Below, in pieces: positions 12,938 through 27,012 of a stretch of DNA of 64,000 nt. A program made the translations under genes and the position numbers. Numbering within the stretch: position 1 is the stretch's first letter; each line of letters begins with the position of its first letter. Origin of the DNA: Mizuhopecten yessoensis (Eukaryota). The notes under the pieces are model-generated. The model had not been told where the DNA came from. It searched no databases and saw nothing but the letters and a program-made list of their open reading frames with translations. The stretch spans positions 821,619 to 885,618 of the forward strand of contig NW_018480064.1 of assembly GCF_002113885.1 (NCBI RefSeq), given 5' to 3'.

Positions 12938-15900
12938 TGGGAATCAATAATTGCAATTAAGTGATTATTCAAAATATAAACGTTTGTGGTACAAAACATA
13001 ATAAAAGATGTTTTTCAGTACGCATGTACTAGGATGTATTTTCCTGTATCATGTCACCTGTTTGAGACAGAAATATGATTTTATAATAATATTTATAAAT
13101 TCTAAAACATTTGTAGCTGCTGGTTGATTTATAGATTTTGAACCTAATTTGGTTTAACAATATATAATTTAAAAAAAAATGCTTTTTCATGATGTCTGTT
13201 TGTAAAGAAAGAAAATATTTATAATCAAGTCGGAAAATTATTGATATTTTATTATATTATCATATTTGACAGAATTTACTCTTTAAATGTTCAGATGCTA
13301 GATTTCCTGCTTATTGTGCTAAACATGATGGGGACTTTATATACAACAAAGGAGGGACAGCTCAAAGTCAATGGACCATTCAAATAGATCTAATATTTGC
13401 TGATGTTTTCTTCAATTTCTTTCCCAGAAAAAGAAAAAGAACAATAAAGGATTTGACAAATGAAGTCTGTAAGATACATCCATCACTTGATCAAGTCTTT
13501 GTACTAGCCACCCATTACACATGGTTAATACTCACGAACTAAAAAAACGTTTTTTTGTTTGGATGACATTTAGTTGTGATACATGATGATACATGAATTT
13601 AATATACAAATTAACGGAGTGGAATGTCATTATTGAATAAGATCATGTACTTTTATCCTGGTCGGTTTCTATTCGAAAAAACAAATGTCTGTAAAATGAA
13701 TAAGATGTGAATATGATAATTAGTAAATTACCACCATAAAATGGAACTTTCCACCATGAAAAATTCATTAAGAATTAGCGGTTAATTAGCTGGTAATACA
13801 GTTTCGTCCTCTCTGTGTCAACAAACCCACTTTTTTCTTTGTTCACTTGATAATGCAAATATGATACAGAAGTATTGGAATATCATTATGGATGCAATAA
13901 AGCAGAGCTAGATTTTCCTTTCTTGCATTTTTTATTAGCGATCTCATAATGAGACATAGTGGTCAGATGTATGAGCGGGTCGACCAATGACTTTGGCAGG
14001 TGTCTTCACTTAGTAATATCGTATTCATAACGGCCAGATTAAGTTCACGATAGCCGCGGATTCAACCAACCGTTAACTTTGTGTCCACATCAGAAACTGT
14101 AGCTATAAATGCGTAACACTTTCTGGCCATCTCCACCCGCTCACAATGTGTCATTTCATCCGGCTTTTGCCACTTCTCCATTTTGACCAAATTATTTAAA
14201 TTGTTTAAGAATGTTTTTTTATGGGGTGTATACTCAGAGAAGTGTGAAATTTGATTGGTGTTTAATGTCCACGGAGCGTTGGCGAGTTAATCGTAGCGAG
14301 TGCTATGAGCGTGCACAGTGTTCCGACTACCTGTATAATCCACAATGACCATGGTGAATTGTAGTGACAGCATTTTGCCATTATTTTTAATAATGAGTTT
14401 TTGGGATAGCGAAAGTCATCCAAGTGTAGTGTTATAGCCGATGGATACAAAACACATCTCTCCAACAACCGGAAAATCTTGTACGGTACATGCTTTTCAT
14501 CTTGCGATATTGTTCTTCGATAATTAGGATTAATATTTTACAATTCATAAATCTCCTTAAAAAGAAATTACTGTTTGTTGAATAATTGAAATGATGCACA
14601 CAGAGAGACCATTGTGTTCTTATTGAAAGAAATGCGTTCAAAAGGCAAAGATGGTAGGGAGAGTGAAAGATGAAGTCTGGCAGTGTCTGTGGCGAGAGAC
14701 GGAGAGTTCCGTGCGTGGATGCAACACATTGGAGGTGAATTGTTAGTATGGGGTGGTGCTGTCGTCTGGTTAAGCCTATTAGCAGTCTATAAAGGACGGA
14801 TCTGGACCCCAGTCGGTGTTAGGGAGGGTCCAGTATAATGGGGAGGTAAAAAGGTCACAGCGGTTTTCCGAGGGGTAGGTCTGCAGGTCTTGTTAGTATG
14901 AGTTTTTCCCTAATCTGAAAAACTCGACATAATTAACACTGAATAATAGATTTGTGATTACGATTTTAATTGAGTGTTTCCCAACATCAGTTGTGGACAA
15001 TGGCGTCTTGAAGATAGAAATCATGTCTTTGTCAATCGTCAACAATTAATAGGTAGGCAGTATCGGGCAAGATCTTTAAACCAACACCAGCCTCAATAAA
15101 ATTGGCTACAGCAGACGACACAAAAAATATTCACCAAAATACAAAAAAATAAAGTTGAAATTGAAGAAAAAAATGATCAGAAATGAACATTCCATAGAAA
15201 ATGAGATCTCTGAGTCACTGTTGTAAAGGATATTGCATTGGTCCTTTGTACATATTTCCATTAAATCAAAGTTGTGCCCGAGTTGTAAAGGTTTTATAAT
15301 ACTACTACAACTATACATTGGGTTATCTCCTGATCAGAGACGTTGTTTACTGAGCCAAACTTCAGTGCTATCCTCTAAATTCCAGTCACATTCGTGATAA
15401 CTTATATTTACAATGACAAAAGGAAAGTATCACATGTTTTATTTACTTCATGAATGAATTGATTAGCATGTGCAAACTTTTTGTGTAATAATTATCTAAA
15501 AAATAAAATAAAAACATTGATAATTTTAATTGAGCTATTACCTGTATCTTTGAATGGAAGGAAAAAACCAGAAGAATCTCATTTTCAATAACAATTCACT
15601 GTTATATTGAATACAGCTATTTTCCGATTCACTGATCTACTGACATGAAAGAGAATGTTAGGAAGAGTATTTTTTGGCTTAAAATCAAAAAGCCGCTAGA
15701 GAGAATCTGACTGATTACCTGTAATGATATAAAGGGACCCACTGGGGTATTCTACGATCATTTCACTAGTTTCTGGCAAATTTGAATACAGCTATTCACT
15801 CACTCGCTGATCTGTTAAAAGGGCTGTGATTGATGGGGATATTTTCAGGTTATTGTAAGATTTTTTTAAATAAAGTTCCAATTAAAACTGATTGACTCAT

Positions 15901-17044
15901 TGAAACAGAATACATATAATTTAAGAGGCTGGTATTGTGTGGCTTGAATCCTGCCATAACTTGGCCTAAGATAATTACTAGGTATATTTAATTTGCTCAG
16001 TACAAATCAATTAACACTGGATACAATACCAGCACAGATTTTTTTTATTGCCCTGGAGAAAAGATTTAACAATTGAGCACTTGCTTTTCTTGACTTTTTC
16101 AACTGGAGATCCAGTTGTTTTTTCTTCATTTTTTTTTTTCGCTGTCTTGATATTTTTGAAAAAGAAGATTGATGATTAATCCAGAATTGGTAGAAAGACA
16201 AAGACATGGTATTAATGATTATCACGACTGCAGCTTCCCATTTGACATCCGTGACATTAATTGTGACCATGTGAATATGTTGGTTGGATTCCATCTTATC
16301 TGAGTAAACAGCCGTGTTACCGTCGGTCGTGGTAGGACCCGAATCAGCCCTACTCTTCTCTATGCTGGTTGGCAAAGCGATTACTGCATCTGACAAATTA
16401 ACTAGGTCTTGGATCCGCCCCTTCACGATTTATAATGAATTAATTGAGTACACAAAAATTAAGTGATGAAAGATTGTGTTAAGCCGAATGAAGGCTGTAG
16501 GGTGGCTGTATCAAATACCACTAGATAATTTGCCGTCAATAGGGCCCGCTCAAAACCTTCTGTGCATTGAATTCAACTGCACTTGTTTAGACTAAAATTA
16601 ATTCCGCTATCTGGATTTGTTCATCTGTGAAGAAGGGTCCCCACACAATCAACAGCCAACTGAGATGATGCCAGACCTTGGAGGATGAAAGCAGGCACAA
16701 AATTGGCGATAAGGCACTCATCTTCGACCCATTCATCGCTCTCCTTGCGTTAAATCTGTCATGTGAGGAGTTATCACAAGGAGAACACACTCCTATCTAT
16801 TCACTATAGTTAGATACTTGGGTCTATCCCACTATTGTTCATTTAAGATACTCAGATATACTCACGATTGTCATATAGTCAAATCCACTGTAGCTCACAG
16901 TAACTTTTGCTTGATACCAAAAGAGAAATTAATATCAATAAAATAACTGAAAAGTACACAAAGACCAAGATAATATAACTTGCAAATATGATCAAGATAA
17001 AATTCCAGATGATAAATATATACCTAGATCAAATGTAAGCAATG

Positions 17045-19335
17045 ATAACAAGTGGCTGTCCATGACCAGTGTTTAAAGACAAAGCCATTGTCCATGAGTG
17101 TCCAAAGACTAAGTGGCTGTCCATGACCAGTGTCCAAAGACTAAGTGTCTGTCCATGACCAGTGTCTAAACACTAAGTGACTGTCCATGACCAGTGCCCA
17201 AACACTAAGTGGCAGTCAATGACCAGTGTCCAAACACTAATTGGCTGTCCATGACCAGTGTCCAAAGACTAAGTGGTTGTCCATGACCAGTGTCCAAACA
17301 TTAAGTGGCAGTCCATGCCCAGTGTTCAAACACTAAGTGACTATCCATGACCAGTGTCCAAACACTCAGTGGCAGTCCATGACTAGTGTCCAAACACTAA
17401 GTAAGTGGCAGTCAATGACCAGTGTCCAAACACTAAGTGGAAGTCCATGACCAGTGTCCAAACACTAGGTGGCTGTCCATGACCAGTGTCCAAGCCCTAA
17501 GTGGCAGTCCATAACCAGTGTCCAAACACTAAGTGGAAGTCCATGACCAGTGTCCAAACACAAGTTGCAGTCCATGACCAGTGTCCTCTAAACACTAAGT
17601 GGCTGTCCATGTCCAGTGTTTAAAGACAAAGCCATTGTCCATGAGTGTCTAAAGACTAAGTGGCTGTCCATGACTAGTGTCTAAAGACTAAGTGGCAGTC
17701 CATGACCAGTCTCCAAACACTAAGTGGCAGTCCAAGACCAGTGTCCAAAGACTAAGTGTCTGTCCATGACCAGTGTCTAAACACTAAGTGGCAGTCCATG
17801 ACCATTGTCCAAACGCTAAGTGACTATCCATGACCAGTGTCCAAACACTTAGAGGCAGTCCATGACCAGTGTCCAAAGACAAGCATTGTGACAATGTACG
17901 TGTGGGTTATATATCACAGACTAAGTGGCTGTCCATGACCAGAGTCTAAACATTAAGTGACTGTCCATGAAAAGTGTCCAAACACTAAGTGGCAGACCAT
18001 GACCAGTGTCCAAACACAAGTTGCAGTGCATGACCAGTGTCCAAAGACAAGCATTGTGACAATGAACGTGTGGGTTATATATCACCGGAGTTAGAGAGGA
18101 GGTACTCTGTGTAACAAGCATTGCAGTGAAGTACGCGCGGGTTATATATCACCAGAGTTAGAAAGTAGGTACTCTGTCTAACAAGCATTAGTGTCTAAAC
18201 ACTAAGTGACTGTCCATGACCAGTGCCCAAACACTAAGTGGCAGTCAATGACCAGTGTCCAAACACTAAGAGGCAGTCCATGACCAGTGTCCAAAGACTA
18301 AGTGGTTGTCCATGACCAGTGTCCAAACACAAGTTGCACTCCATGACCAGTGTCCAAAGACAAGCATTGTGACAATTTACGTGTGGGTTATATATCACCG
18401 TAGTTAGAGAGTAGGTACTCTGTTCAACAAGCATTGTGGTTAGGTACTCGCGGGTTATATATCACTGGAGTTAGAGAGTAGGTACTCTGTTCAACAAGCA
18501 TTGTGGTGAGGTACGCATGGTTTATATATCACTGGAGTTAGAGAGGAGGTACTCTGTTTACTAAGTGACTGTCCATGACCAGTGTCCAAACATTAAGTGG
18601 CAGTCCATGCCCAGTGTTCAAACACTAAGTGACTATCCATGACCAGTGTCCAAACACTTAGAGGCAGTCCATGACCAGTGTCCAAAAACAAGATGCAGTC
18701 CATGACCAGTGTCCAAACACTAGGTGGCTGTCCATGACCAGTGTCCAAGCCCTAAGTGGCAGTCCATAACCAGTGTCCAAACACAAGTTGCAGTCCATGA
18801 CCAGTGTTGTTCAAAGACTAAGTGGCAGTCCATGACTAGTGTCCAAACACTAAGTAAGTGGCAGTTAATGACCAGTGTCCAAACACTAATTGGCTGTCCA
18901 TGACCAGTGTCCATAGACTAAGTGGCTGTCCATGGCCAGTGTCCAAACACTAAGTGGCACTCCATGACTAGTGTCTAAACACTAAGGGGCTGTCCAGGAC
19001 CAGTGTCTAAACATTAAGTGACTGTCCATGAAAAGTGTCCAAACACTAAGTGGCAGTTCATGACCAGTGTCCAAACACTAAGCGGCAGTCCATGACCAGT
19101 GTCCAAAGACTAAGTGTCTGTCCATGACCAGTGTCTAAACATTAAGTGACTGTCCATGACCAGTGCCCAAACACTAAGTGGCAGTCCATAACCAGTGTCC
19201 AAACACAAGTTGCAGTCCATGACCAGTGTTGTTCAAAGACTAAGTGGCAGTCCATGACCAGTGTCCAAACACTAAGTGGCAGTCCATGACCAGTGTCCAA
19301 ACACAAGTTGCAGTCCATGACCAGTGTCCAAAGAC
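17045..19335. repeat. Minisatellite, 32-bp unit CCATGACCAGTGTCCAAACACTAAGTGGCAGT, interleaved with 67-bp units
   Basis: Period 32 bp (19261 vs 19293). This array is the source of the WTLVMDC-type ORFs. Confidence 0.95.
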
Positions 19336-20550
19336 AAGCATTGTGACAATGTACGTGTGGGTTATATATCACCGGAGTTAGAGAGTAGGTACTCTGTTTA
19401 AGAAGCATTGTGGTGAGGTACGCGCGGGTTATATATCACTGGAGTTAGAGAGTAGGTACTCTGTTTAACAAGCATTGTGGTGAGGTAAGCGCGGGTTATA
19501 TATCACCGGAGTTAGAGAGTAGGTACTCTGTTTAACAAGCATTGTGGTGATGTACGTGTGGGTTAAATAACACCGTAGTTAGAGAGTAGGTACTCTGTTT
19601 AACAAGCATTGTATTGAGGTACGCGCGGGTTATATATCACCGGAGTTCGAAAGAAGGTACTCTGTTTAACAAGCATTGTGGTGAGGTACACGCGGGTTAT
19701 ATATCACTGGAGTTAGAGAGTAAGTTCTCTGTTTAACAAGCATTGTGGTGAGGTACGCGTGGGTTATATATCACTGGAGTTAGAGAGGAGGTACTCTGTT
19801 TAACAAGCATTGTAGTGAGGTACGCGCGGGTTATATATCACCAGAGTTAGAAAGTAGGTACTCTGTTTAACAAGCATTGTGGTGAGGTACGCATGGTTTA
19901 TATATCACTGGAGTTAGAGAGGAGGTACTCTGTTTAACAAGCATTGTAGTGAGGTACGCGCGGGTTATATATCACCGGAGTTAGAAAGTAGGTACTCTGT
20001 CTAACAAGCATTGTGGTGAGGTACGCGTGGGTTATATATCACCGGAGTTAGAGAGGAGGTACTCTGTTTAACAAGCATTGTAGTGAGGTACGCGCGGGTT
20101 ATATATCACTGGAGTTAGAGAGGAGGTACTCTGTTTAACAAGGATTGTGGTGAGGTACGCGTGGGTTATATATCACTGGAGTAAGAGATGAGGTACTCTG
20201 TTTAACAAGCATTGTGGTGAGGTACGCGTGGGTTATATATCACTGGAGTAAGAGAGGAGGTACTCTGTTTAACAAGCATTGTGGTGAGGTACACGTGGGT
20301 TATATATCACCGGAGTTAGAAAGTAGGTTCTGTTTAACAAGCATTGTAGTGAGGTACCCGTGGGTTATATATCACTGGCGTTAGAGAGTAGGTACTCTGT
20401 TTAACAAGCATTGTGGTGAGGTACGCGCGGGTTATATATCACTGGAGTTAGAGAGTAGGTACTCTGTTCAACAAGCATTGCGTTGAGGTACGCGCGGGTT
20501 ATATATCACTGGAGTTAGAGAGTAGGTACTCTGTTTAACAAGCATTGTGA
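19330..20550. repeat. Minisatellite, 67-bp unit AACAAGCATTGTGGTGAGGTACGCGCGGGTTATATATCACTGGAGTTAGAGAGTAGGTACTCTGTTT
   Basis: Period 67 bp (19467 vs 19534), about 18 copies, with extra copies at 17880-18560. Confidence 0.95.
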
Positions 20551-21262
20551 TGCCCCTATAGCAAAATTATGTCTGACGTTACAACAGCTTTGATGTCTTT
20601 CATCCTGTCGTGACATTACCAAAGAAAGATTAACCCTAAAATTCAATATTTTGATATTCCGTCAGCTTTATATGTCGACGGGTGGGTGAAACATGCGGGC
20701 CAGGGTTAAATATTGTATAGAAGTTTCAGAGAAAATTATAGGTCATGACCAAATTTTGTTTAATTTTGAGGAAAATTGTTTCAATTGTGCTTGGTCAATG
20801 ACACAGGTTGTGTGGACGCCACAGAGGTGTTCAAATTTGCATTTTGAATATGAAGCGTAACATGATGCCGACGGCTTTTCTATGTAGCTGTTGTGAGGAT
20901 TTCCGTCTTAAGAAATATGATGCTGCCTCTAAAACACCTCAATACAGGTACTGCATGGCTTCCGACATTATTATTATTAGCCTTTTGTTAAACAATCTAT
21001 TTTCTTTCTCTTTTTCTTTCAATGCTTTATACACGCACACAAAAAAATTACCTGAGGAAAATAGGATAACTGTTTGATACAGGTGCCTCATTATTGTGAA
21101 AGCATAAAGGCAAGCTTCTCCAAGAAATAAAGGTATTGTTGGCATCAAACAATGGTCGCTTATATCAAGCTTAGCTGTGTTATGAAAAAGCGGATAACAC
21201 ACCTGTACAGGTACCCTATTTAACCAAGATATTAAGTCCAACATTTCAACAGATTTTCATAG

Positions 21263-21760
21263 CTTATTATATCACCTTACTCTACATAGATAAGGTAGTG
21301 TATGTTTATTATATCACCTTACACTACATGGATAAGGTAGTGTATGTTTATTATATCACCTTACTCTACATAGATAAGGTAGTGTATGTTAATTATATCA
21401 CCTTAGATAAGGTAGTGTATGTTTATCATATCACCTTACACTACATAGATAAGGTAGTGTATGTTTATTATATAACCTTACTTTACATAGATAAGGTAGT
21501 GTATGTTTATTATATCTCCTTACACTACATAGAGAAGGTAGTGTATGTTTATTATATCACCTTGCACTACATAGATAAGGTAGTGTATGTTTATTATATC
21601 TCCTTACACTACATAGAGAAGGTAGTGTATGTTTATTATATCACCTTGCACTACATAGATAAGGTAGTGTATGTTTATTATATCACCTTACACTACATAG
21701 ATAAGGTAGTGTATGTTAATTATATCACCTTACACTACATAGATAAGGTAGTGTATGTTT
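21263..21760. repeat. Minisatellite, 42-bp unit TTATTATATCACCTTACACTACATAGATAAGGTAGTGTATGT
   Basis: About 12 copies; produces the 14-aa periodic ORF 21298-21762. Confidence 0.95.
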
Positions 21761-24700
21761 AGTCCTCTCCTTTACATGTATTTCCCCATTTCCATTAACC
21801 CCCATCAAAATTATCATGTCTTTTATGTCCAAGACATTATTAGTGTCCATGTCATTACCTTTCTACAATAGACATCAATATCTTTATTTTAAAACTCATT
21901 CTTCAAAAATCCTACTCATGTTCTATTAAAAAGAATCACATTTTTTTCTTGTTATTTTTCCTTTTTTTCTGTTATTTTTCTCTCTAAATTCACCCTGACT
22001 GTGGAACCCCCTGAAGACGTGGCTATTATGGACGCTGTATTTAAGCATTGATTAATCGGGAACGTTTTAAACGTGCACAAGTCCTCGACTACTGAATGTG
22101 CCAGCTAGCCTTACAACTCACAAAACGTAATGCACAGATATTCACGGTGTTTACAAAGGTGTTTGTAGTATTCAGTAAAGTGACAAACTTTGGTTTCTAC
22201 AACGGGATCATCTGATGGGGCCATATGGTAATTACTAGAACTCTGTCACACCTGTCACACCCTGTAATATGTTACATCGTTCACAGTCCACCCTTCCTTC
22301 TTGAGTGTCCCTAGACTGCCAGAAACCACTTGGTACAACAACAAATATTTCAATAGTGCAATAACAATGTCAGAATTATAATTCCAAAATTACAAAGCTC
22401 TGCATGTTAATGTTTCTTCTCAGTGAAGAAATCTAACCTTTTTTTCTTTCAAATTACAAAATGAAAACACATCAGGATTTAATACAAGTATTAGATATTA
22501 CATTCTATTTTAATTATAGAAAATCTCTGTAACTTTGTTTACAATGGTATCAATTTTTCCAATATTTTTCATGAAAGATCTATGTTTAACATCAAATAGG
22601 ACGTTTCAGTGATGGAAAAAAATAATAAGCTTTTATGAGTTAATCGAAAATACAAGGACATAATGAATGACCTCTTTCCCTATTATTCCCACACAAGATC
22701 GCATATTGAACAACCGAAAACAAGGAAAAGCAATTATTTTACCTTTTGTTCACAAATGAAATGAATCTGTCCTCATTAAATTTATGAGAAGTAAATTACA
22801 AATTACGTTTATCTAAATAAATACTATTTTTATGCAATCATTGAAATTAAAAAAAATGAATATCTGTTTCACCAATTATATCACCTGATTTTAATATAGG
22901 GAGTGTTTTTTTTGAAAAATGATATGAACATGCACAATTAACGGAAATTAGGAAAGAACGTTTTTATTTGTTTGTGTTTGATAATGGGATGGATTGCACT
23001 GTAATGATAGATTACTGTGGGAAAATCGTCGCGACTTACATATGGGTAATTGCCATTTAAAACGCCTTTGTAGGAATTAAGTGATACAGTGAAACTATTG
23101 AGATAACCAAGATTTATTGGAATAAAAGCTTTTCCATGGTTTTGAAAAACTTGTCTTTGTTGTTTTGTAATAGAGCTAGCACTAGCTTTTTCATAAGAGT
23201 TACCTCCGCGACACAAATTACTCACTCTGGATGCTTCAGTGGCATTTAATGGCATTTAATGGGAATAATGTCAGATAAATGTAGAGATACAAAAGCAGAA
23301 GCAAGGCGGTCAATTCCGCCACCGATATCATCTACAAAATGTAATCCTGTAATATCACTACTGCTGAGCCAAGACCCTGTCCTCGAGATCGCCGCAATCA
23401 TCTGTCTGCACGCGCACCCGTGATTTACCGGGATTCTCGCGCCCCTCTGCCTTTGTTCTATATGATAGCTTTCTAGCCCAATGTAAATGGACCTTAGGTT
23501 CTGACAGTTTTTTTTTTATATCTATCCGTGAATGAAGTTGTGAGGAGCTATATCGTTACACGCATCGGCGGGTGGTGCGGCATGGTTGACCAGCCATGTG
23601 TGTCACGTTACAATATAATTGTGCATTTTCAATCAGGGTTGGCCTCTTCTTTAAGATCCAGGTGAACGTTATTTATATAATCTATTGTAGTCCTCACCTT
23701 TGTTCAAACACAGCATTTACCATAAAGCTGATAAATTGACAGGTAGATTTGATACCAAACACTGACTTACCACAAGTTCAAAGGGGCTGGCTCCTCTCTC
23801 CCATACTTTAAACTCTAATGTAATCCTCGGAAGAATAGCACATTAAAAAATCTCACTTTATAACTGTTATAAGGCCTTTAAGTATTAAAGCTTGTTCTTT
23901 CATTTACTTTTTAAGCATTATAAGCTGTGAAATTTTCATTTTTATCAAATTAATAATTGAAAGGTTTTTTTTATCAATTGCAATATTTTTTTTTATACAT
24001 AAACTAAAAGAAATCCTCACATTTAACATAACATATTTTTGTGATCAATGAAAATGATTCCTTTGTAATTTTAGTTATCGTCAGAAGTTTTTTTTTTTCA
24101 AATAACAAGACGACCTTTCTTGTTAGATTTCGTTGTATCAATTTTGAATATTATAAGGCTGAAAAATATGTGTTCACCTGAAGGGAATCTTGTATTTGTT
24201 TCACAAAATTTGTGTTGTCTTTTTATTTCTAAAAACAATAAAAAATTGTTGCCAATACAGGTATGTATGTTTTGTAATTAAAATTTGTTAAGTAGAATTA
24301 GATTAAGTGTTCATCAATTTTCTATAAGCTGACAATTATTTAAAATTGGATTGATTTTTGTTAAGATATTATTTATAGTTTATTTGAGATAGCATTTGAA
24401 CATTTAAAAAAACAACTTAATTAAGTTCAAAGGTACTTTTTCATTCATGAATTTTTCAATGCCCATTTGGCATATGGATAACTTTATAAATAAGGACACC
24501 TTCATAACTCGATTTGTAGTGAGTTATAAAGATTTAGCTTTGGATAACAAAACAGATATTTTCTATGGTATCTATTTTAGTTCGCTTATCAATTTCAGGG
24601 AGAAGAAGAAGGGAGGAGTATCTTCATTAACTTTCACATTTGCGTTCTTTCTTCAAAAGGAATTAGAAATCTTTGAAATTTCAGGAGACATTCTATCATT

Positions 24701-25029
24701 ATCAATTCTGCATTCATGCATTTCAAAACAGGAACAATGAAATGATGAAATTGGAAGTATTGATGAGAAGAACTGTATATGGCTGATTACAAGACTCCAG
24801 TAACCATTGCCTGTCAACCTTCATGTAGAACACCTCTGTTATTGCAAGATATTACAGTCACAGAATGTTTATTACACTTCAATAAACAGTATTTAAAATA
24901 ATCTAAATAATGATTGTCAAGCTTGTTTATACATAAGGTAAAAGTAAAGTACAAAATGTACAAAAAAAATATAAATAAAGAACAGTTATATGAAAAAAGA
25001 AGTACATATATCAAGTGTACCTAATGTGT

Positions 25030-25760
25030 AGGTTACACTGACAGGAAAGTAACACCTGTATATAAGGTACAGTTATACAGACAGGGAAGTAATACCTGTA
25101 TATAAGGGATAGTTATACAGACAGGGAAGTAACACCTGTATATAAGGTACAGTTATACAGACAGGGAAGTAATACCTGTATATAAGGGATAGTTATACAG
25201 ACAGGGAAGTAACACCTGTATATAAGGTACAGTTATACAGACAGGAAAGTAATACCTGTATATACGGTACAGTTATAAGACAGGAAAGTAATACCTGTAT
25301 ATAAGGTATAGTTATACAGACAGGGAAGTAACACCTGTATATAAGGTATAGTTATACAGACAGGGAAGTAATACCTGTATATAAGGTACAGTTATACAGA
25401 CAGGGAAGTAATACCTGTATATAAGGTATAGTTATACAGACAGGGAAGTAACACCTGTATATAAGGTACAGTTATACAGACAGGAAAGTAATACCTGGAT
25501 ATAAGGTACAGTTATACAGACAGGCAAGTAACACCTGTATATAAGGTACAGTTATACAGACAGGAAAGTAACACCTGTATATAAGGTATAGTTATACAGA
25601 CAGGAAAGTAACACCTGTATATAACGTACAGTTATACAGACAGGGAAGTAACACCTGTATATAAGGTATAGTTATACAGACAGGAAAGTAATACCTGTAT
25701 GTAAAGTACAGTTATACAGACAGGGAAGTAACACATTTATGTAAGGGACAGTTATACAGT
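25030..25760. repeat. Minisatellite, 40-bp unit ACAGGGAAGTAACACCTGTATATAAGGTACAGTTATACAG
   Basis: About 18 copies, period 40 bp. Confidence 0.95.
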
Positions 25761-25794
25761 AACATTCTTTATAAGAAGACGATTTGAAGTGTTC

Positions 25795-27012
25795 CAAGTG
25801 AGCTTAGTGTGGCGTCCGGCGTCAATATTTTTTTTAAAACAACTTCTTCTTAATAACCAAAAGTCCTAGGGTGATGATATTTGACCAGTAGCATGCTGAG
25901 ATGAAGGGCTACCAACCTTCACTTATATTCAAGGTCACAGGGGTCAATTGTCTTTAAAATCTTTAAACAACTTCTCCTGAATAACCAAAATGCCCAGGGT
26001 GATGATATTTGACCAGTAGCATGCTGAGATGAAGGGCTACCAAGTTTGTTCAAATGAATGACCTCCACCCATATTCAAGGTCACAGTGGTCAAATATGTT
26101 AAAACCTTTCAACAACTTCTTCTGAATAACAAAAATGCCCAGGATGGTGATATTTAGATAGTAGCAGAAAAGGATGAAGGACTACCAGGTTTGTTTAAAT
26201 GAATGACCTTGACTTTTATTTAAGGTCACATTGGCCAAATATGTTTGAAACTTTTAAATGACTCATGAATAACAAAAAGTCATAGGATGATGATATTTGG
26301 CCCATAACAAGATAGGATGAATGAATTACCTTGACATTTTTTGAAGGTCACAGGGATCAAATATTCAACAACTTCTTCTTAATAACCAAAAGGCCCAGGG
26401 TGTTGATATTTGGCCAGTAGCATGCTAGGATGAGGGACTACCAAGTTTGTTCAGATAAATGACCTTCACCAATTTTCAAGGCCTAGAATGTTGATATCTG
26501 ATCAGTATTATGATGGGATCAAGGGCTACAGAGTTTGTTAAATCAAATGACCTTGACTTATATTAAAGGTCACAGGATTCAAATTTGTTTGAAATCTTTA
26601 AACGACTTCTTCTGAATAACCATGAGTCCCAGAATGTTGATATTTAGCCAGTAGCATGCTTGGATGAAGGGCAATCAAGCTTTTTCATGTGATTGACCTT
26701 GACCCACTTTCAAGGTCACATTTTGTCAAATATGTATAAACATTTAAATGACCTAACTTTAATAAACAAAAGGATAGGGTGGTGATATTTTGCAAGTTGC
26801 ATCCTGAGATGAACGGCTATAAAATCTGTTCAACATAATGACCTTGTTCGTCTTTCAAGGTCAAAGGGGTAAAATGTTTTTAAATCTATTAACAGGTTCT
26901 TTTGAATGACTTTTAATCATAAATACTGATATTTTGCATGTAGCTTTGTTTTAGATCACTTTTAAGGTTACAAGTGTGAGATTTATACCAGGTGAGTGAT
27001 GCAGGCCCATTG
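25795..27012 (+). mobile_element. Second copy of the HINE family at 1-1730
   Basis: Same ~145-bp internal repeats and the same 3' module (ttacaagtgtgagatt.ataccAGGTGAGtGATGCAGGCCCATTG). A GGCGTCCGGCGTC microsatellite remnant marks the 5' end; the terminal hairpin is truncated. Confidence 0.75.

Noticed and set aside
16007-16426. 139-aa minus-strand ORF
   Set aside because: Non-ATG start, runs through poly-A/T tracts, and no recognisable protein.
20630-20709. TTAA-CCCT...AGGG-TTAA, a possible piggyBac-like MITE
   Set aside because: The TIR is only 4 bp and there is no second copy in the window.
21298-21762. 154-aa Tyr/Val-rich ORF
   Set aside because: Artefact of the 42-bp minisatellite.
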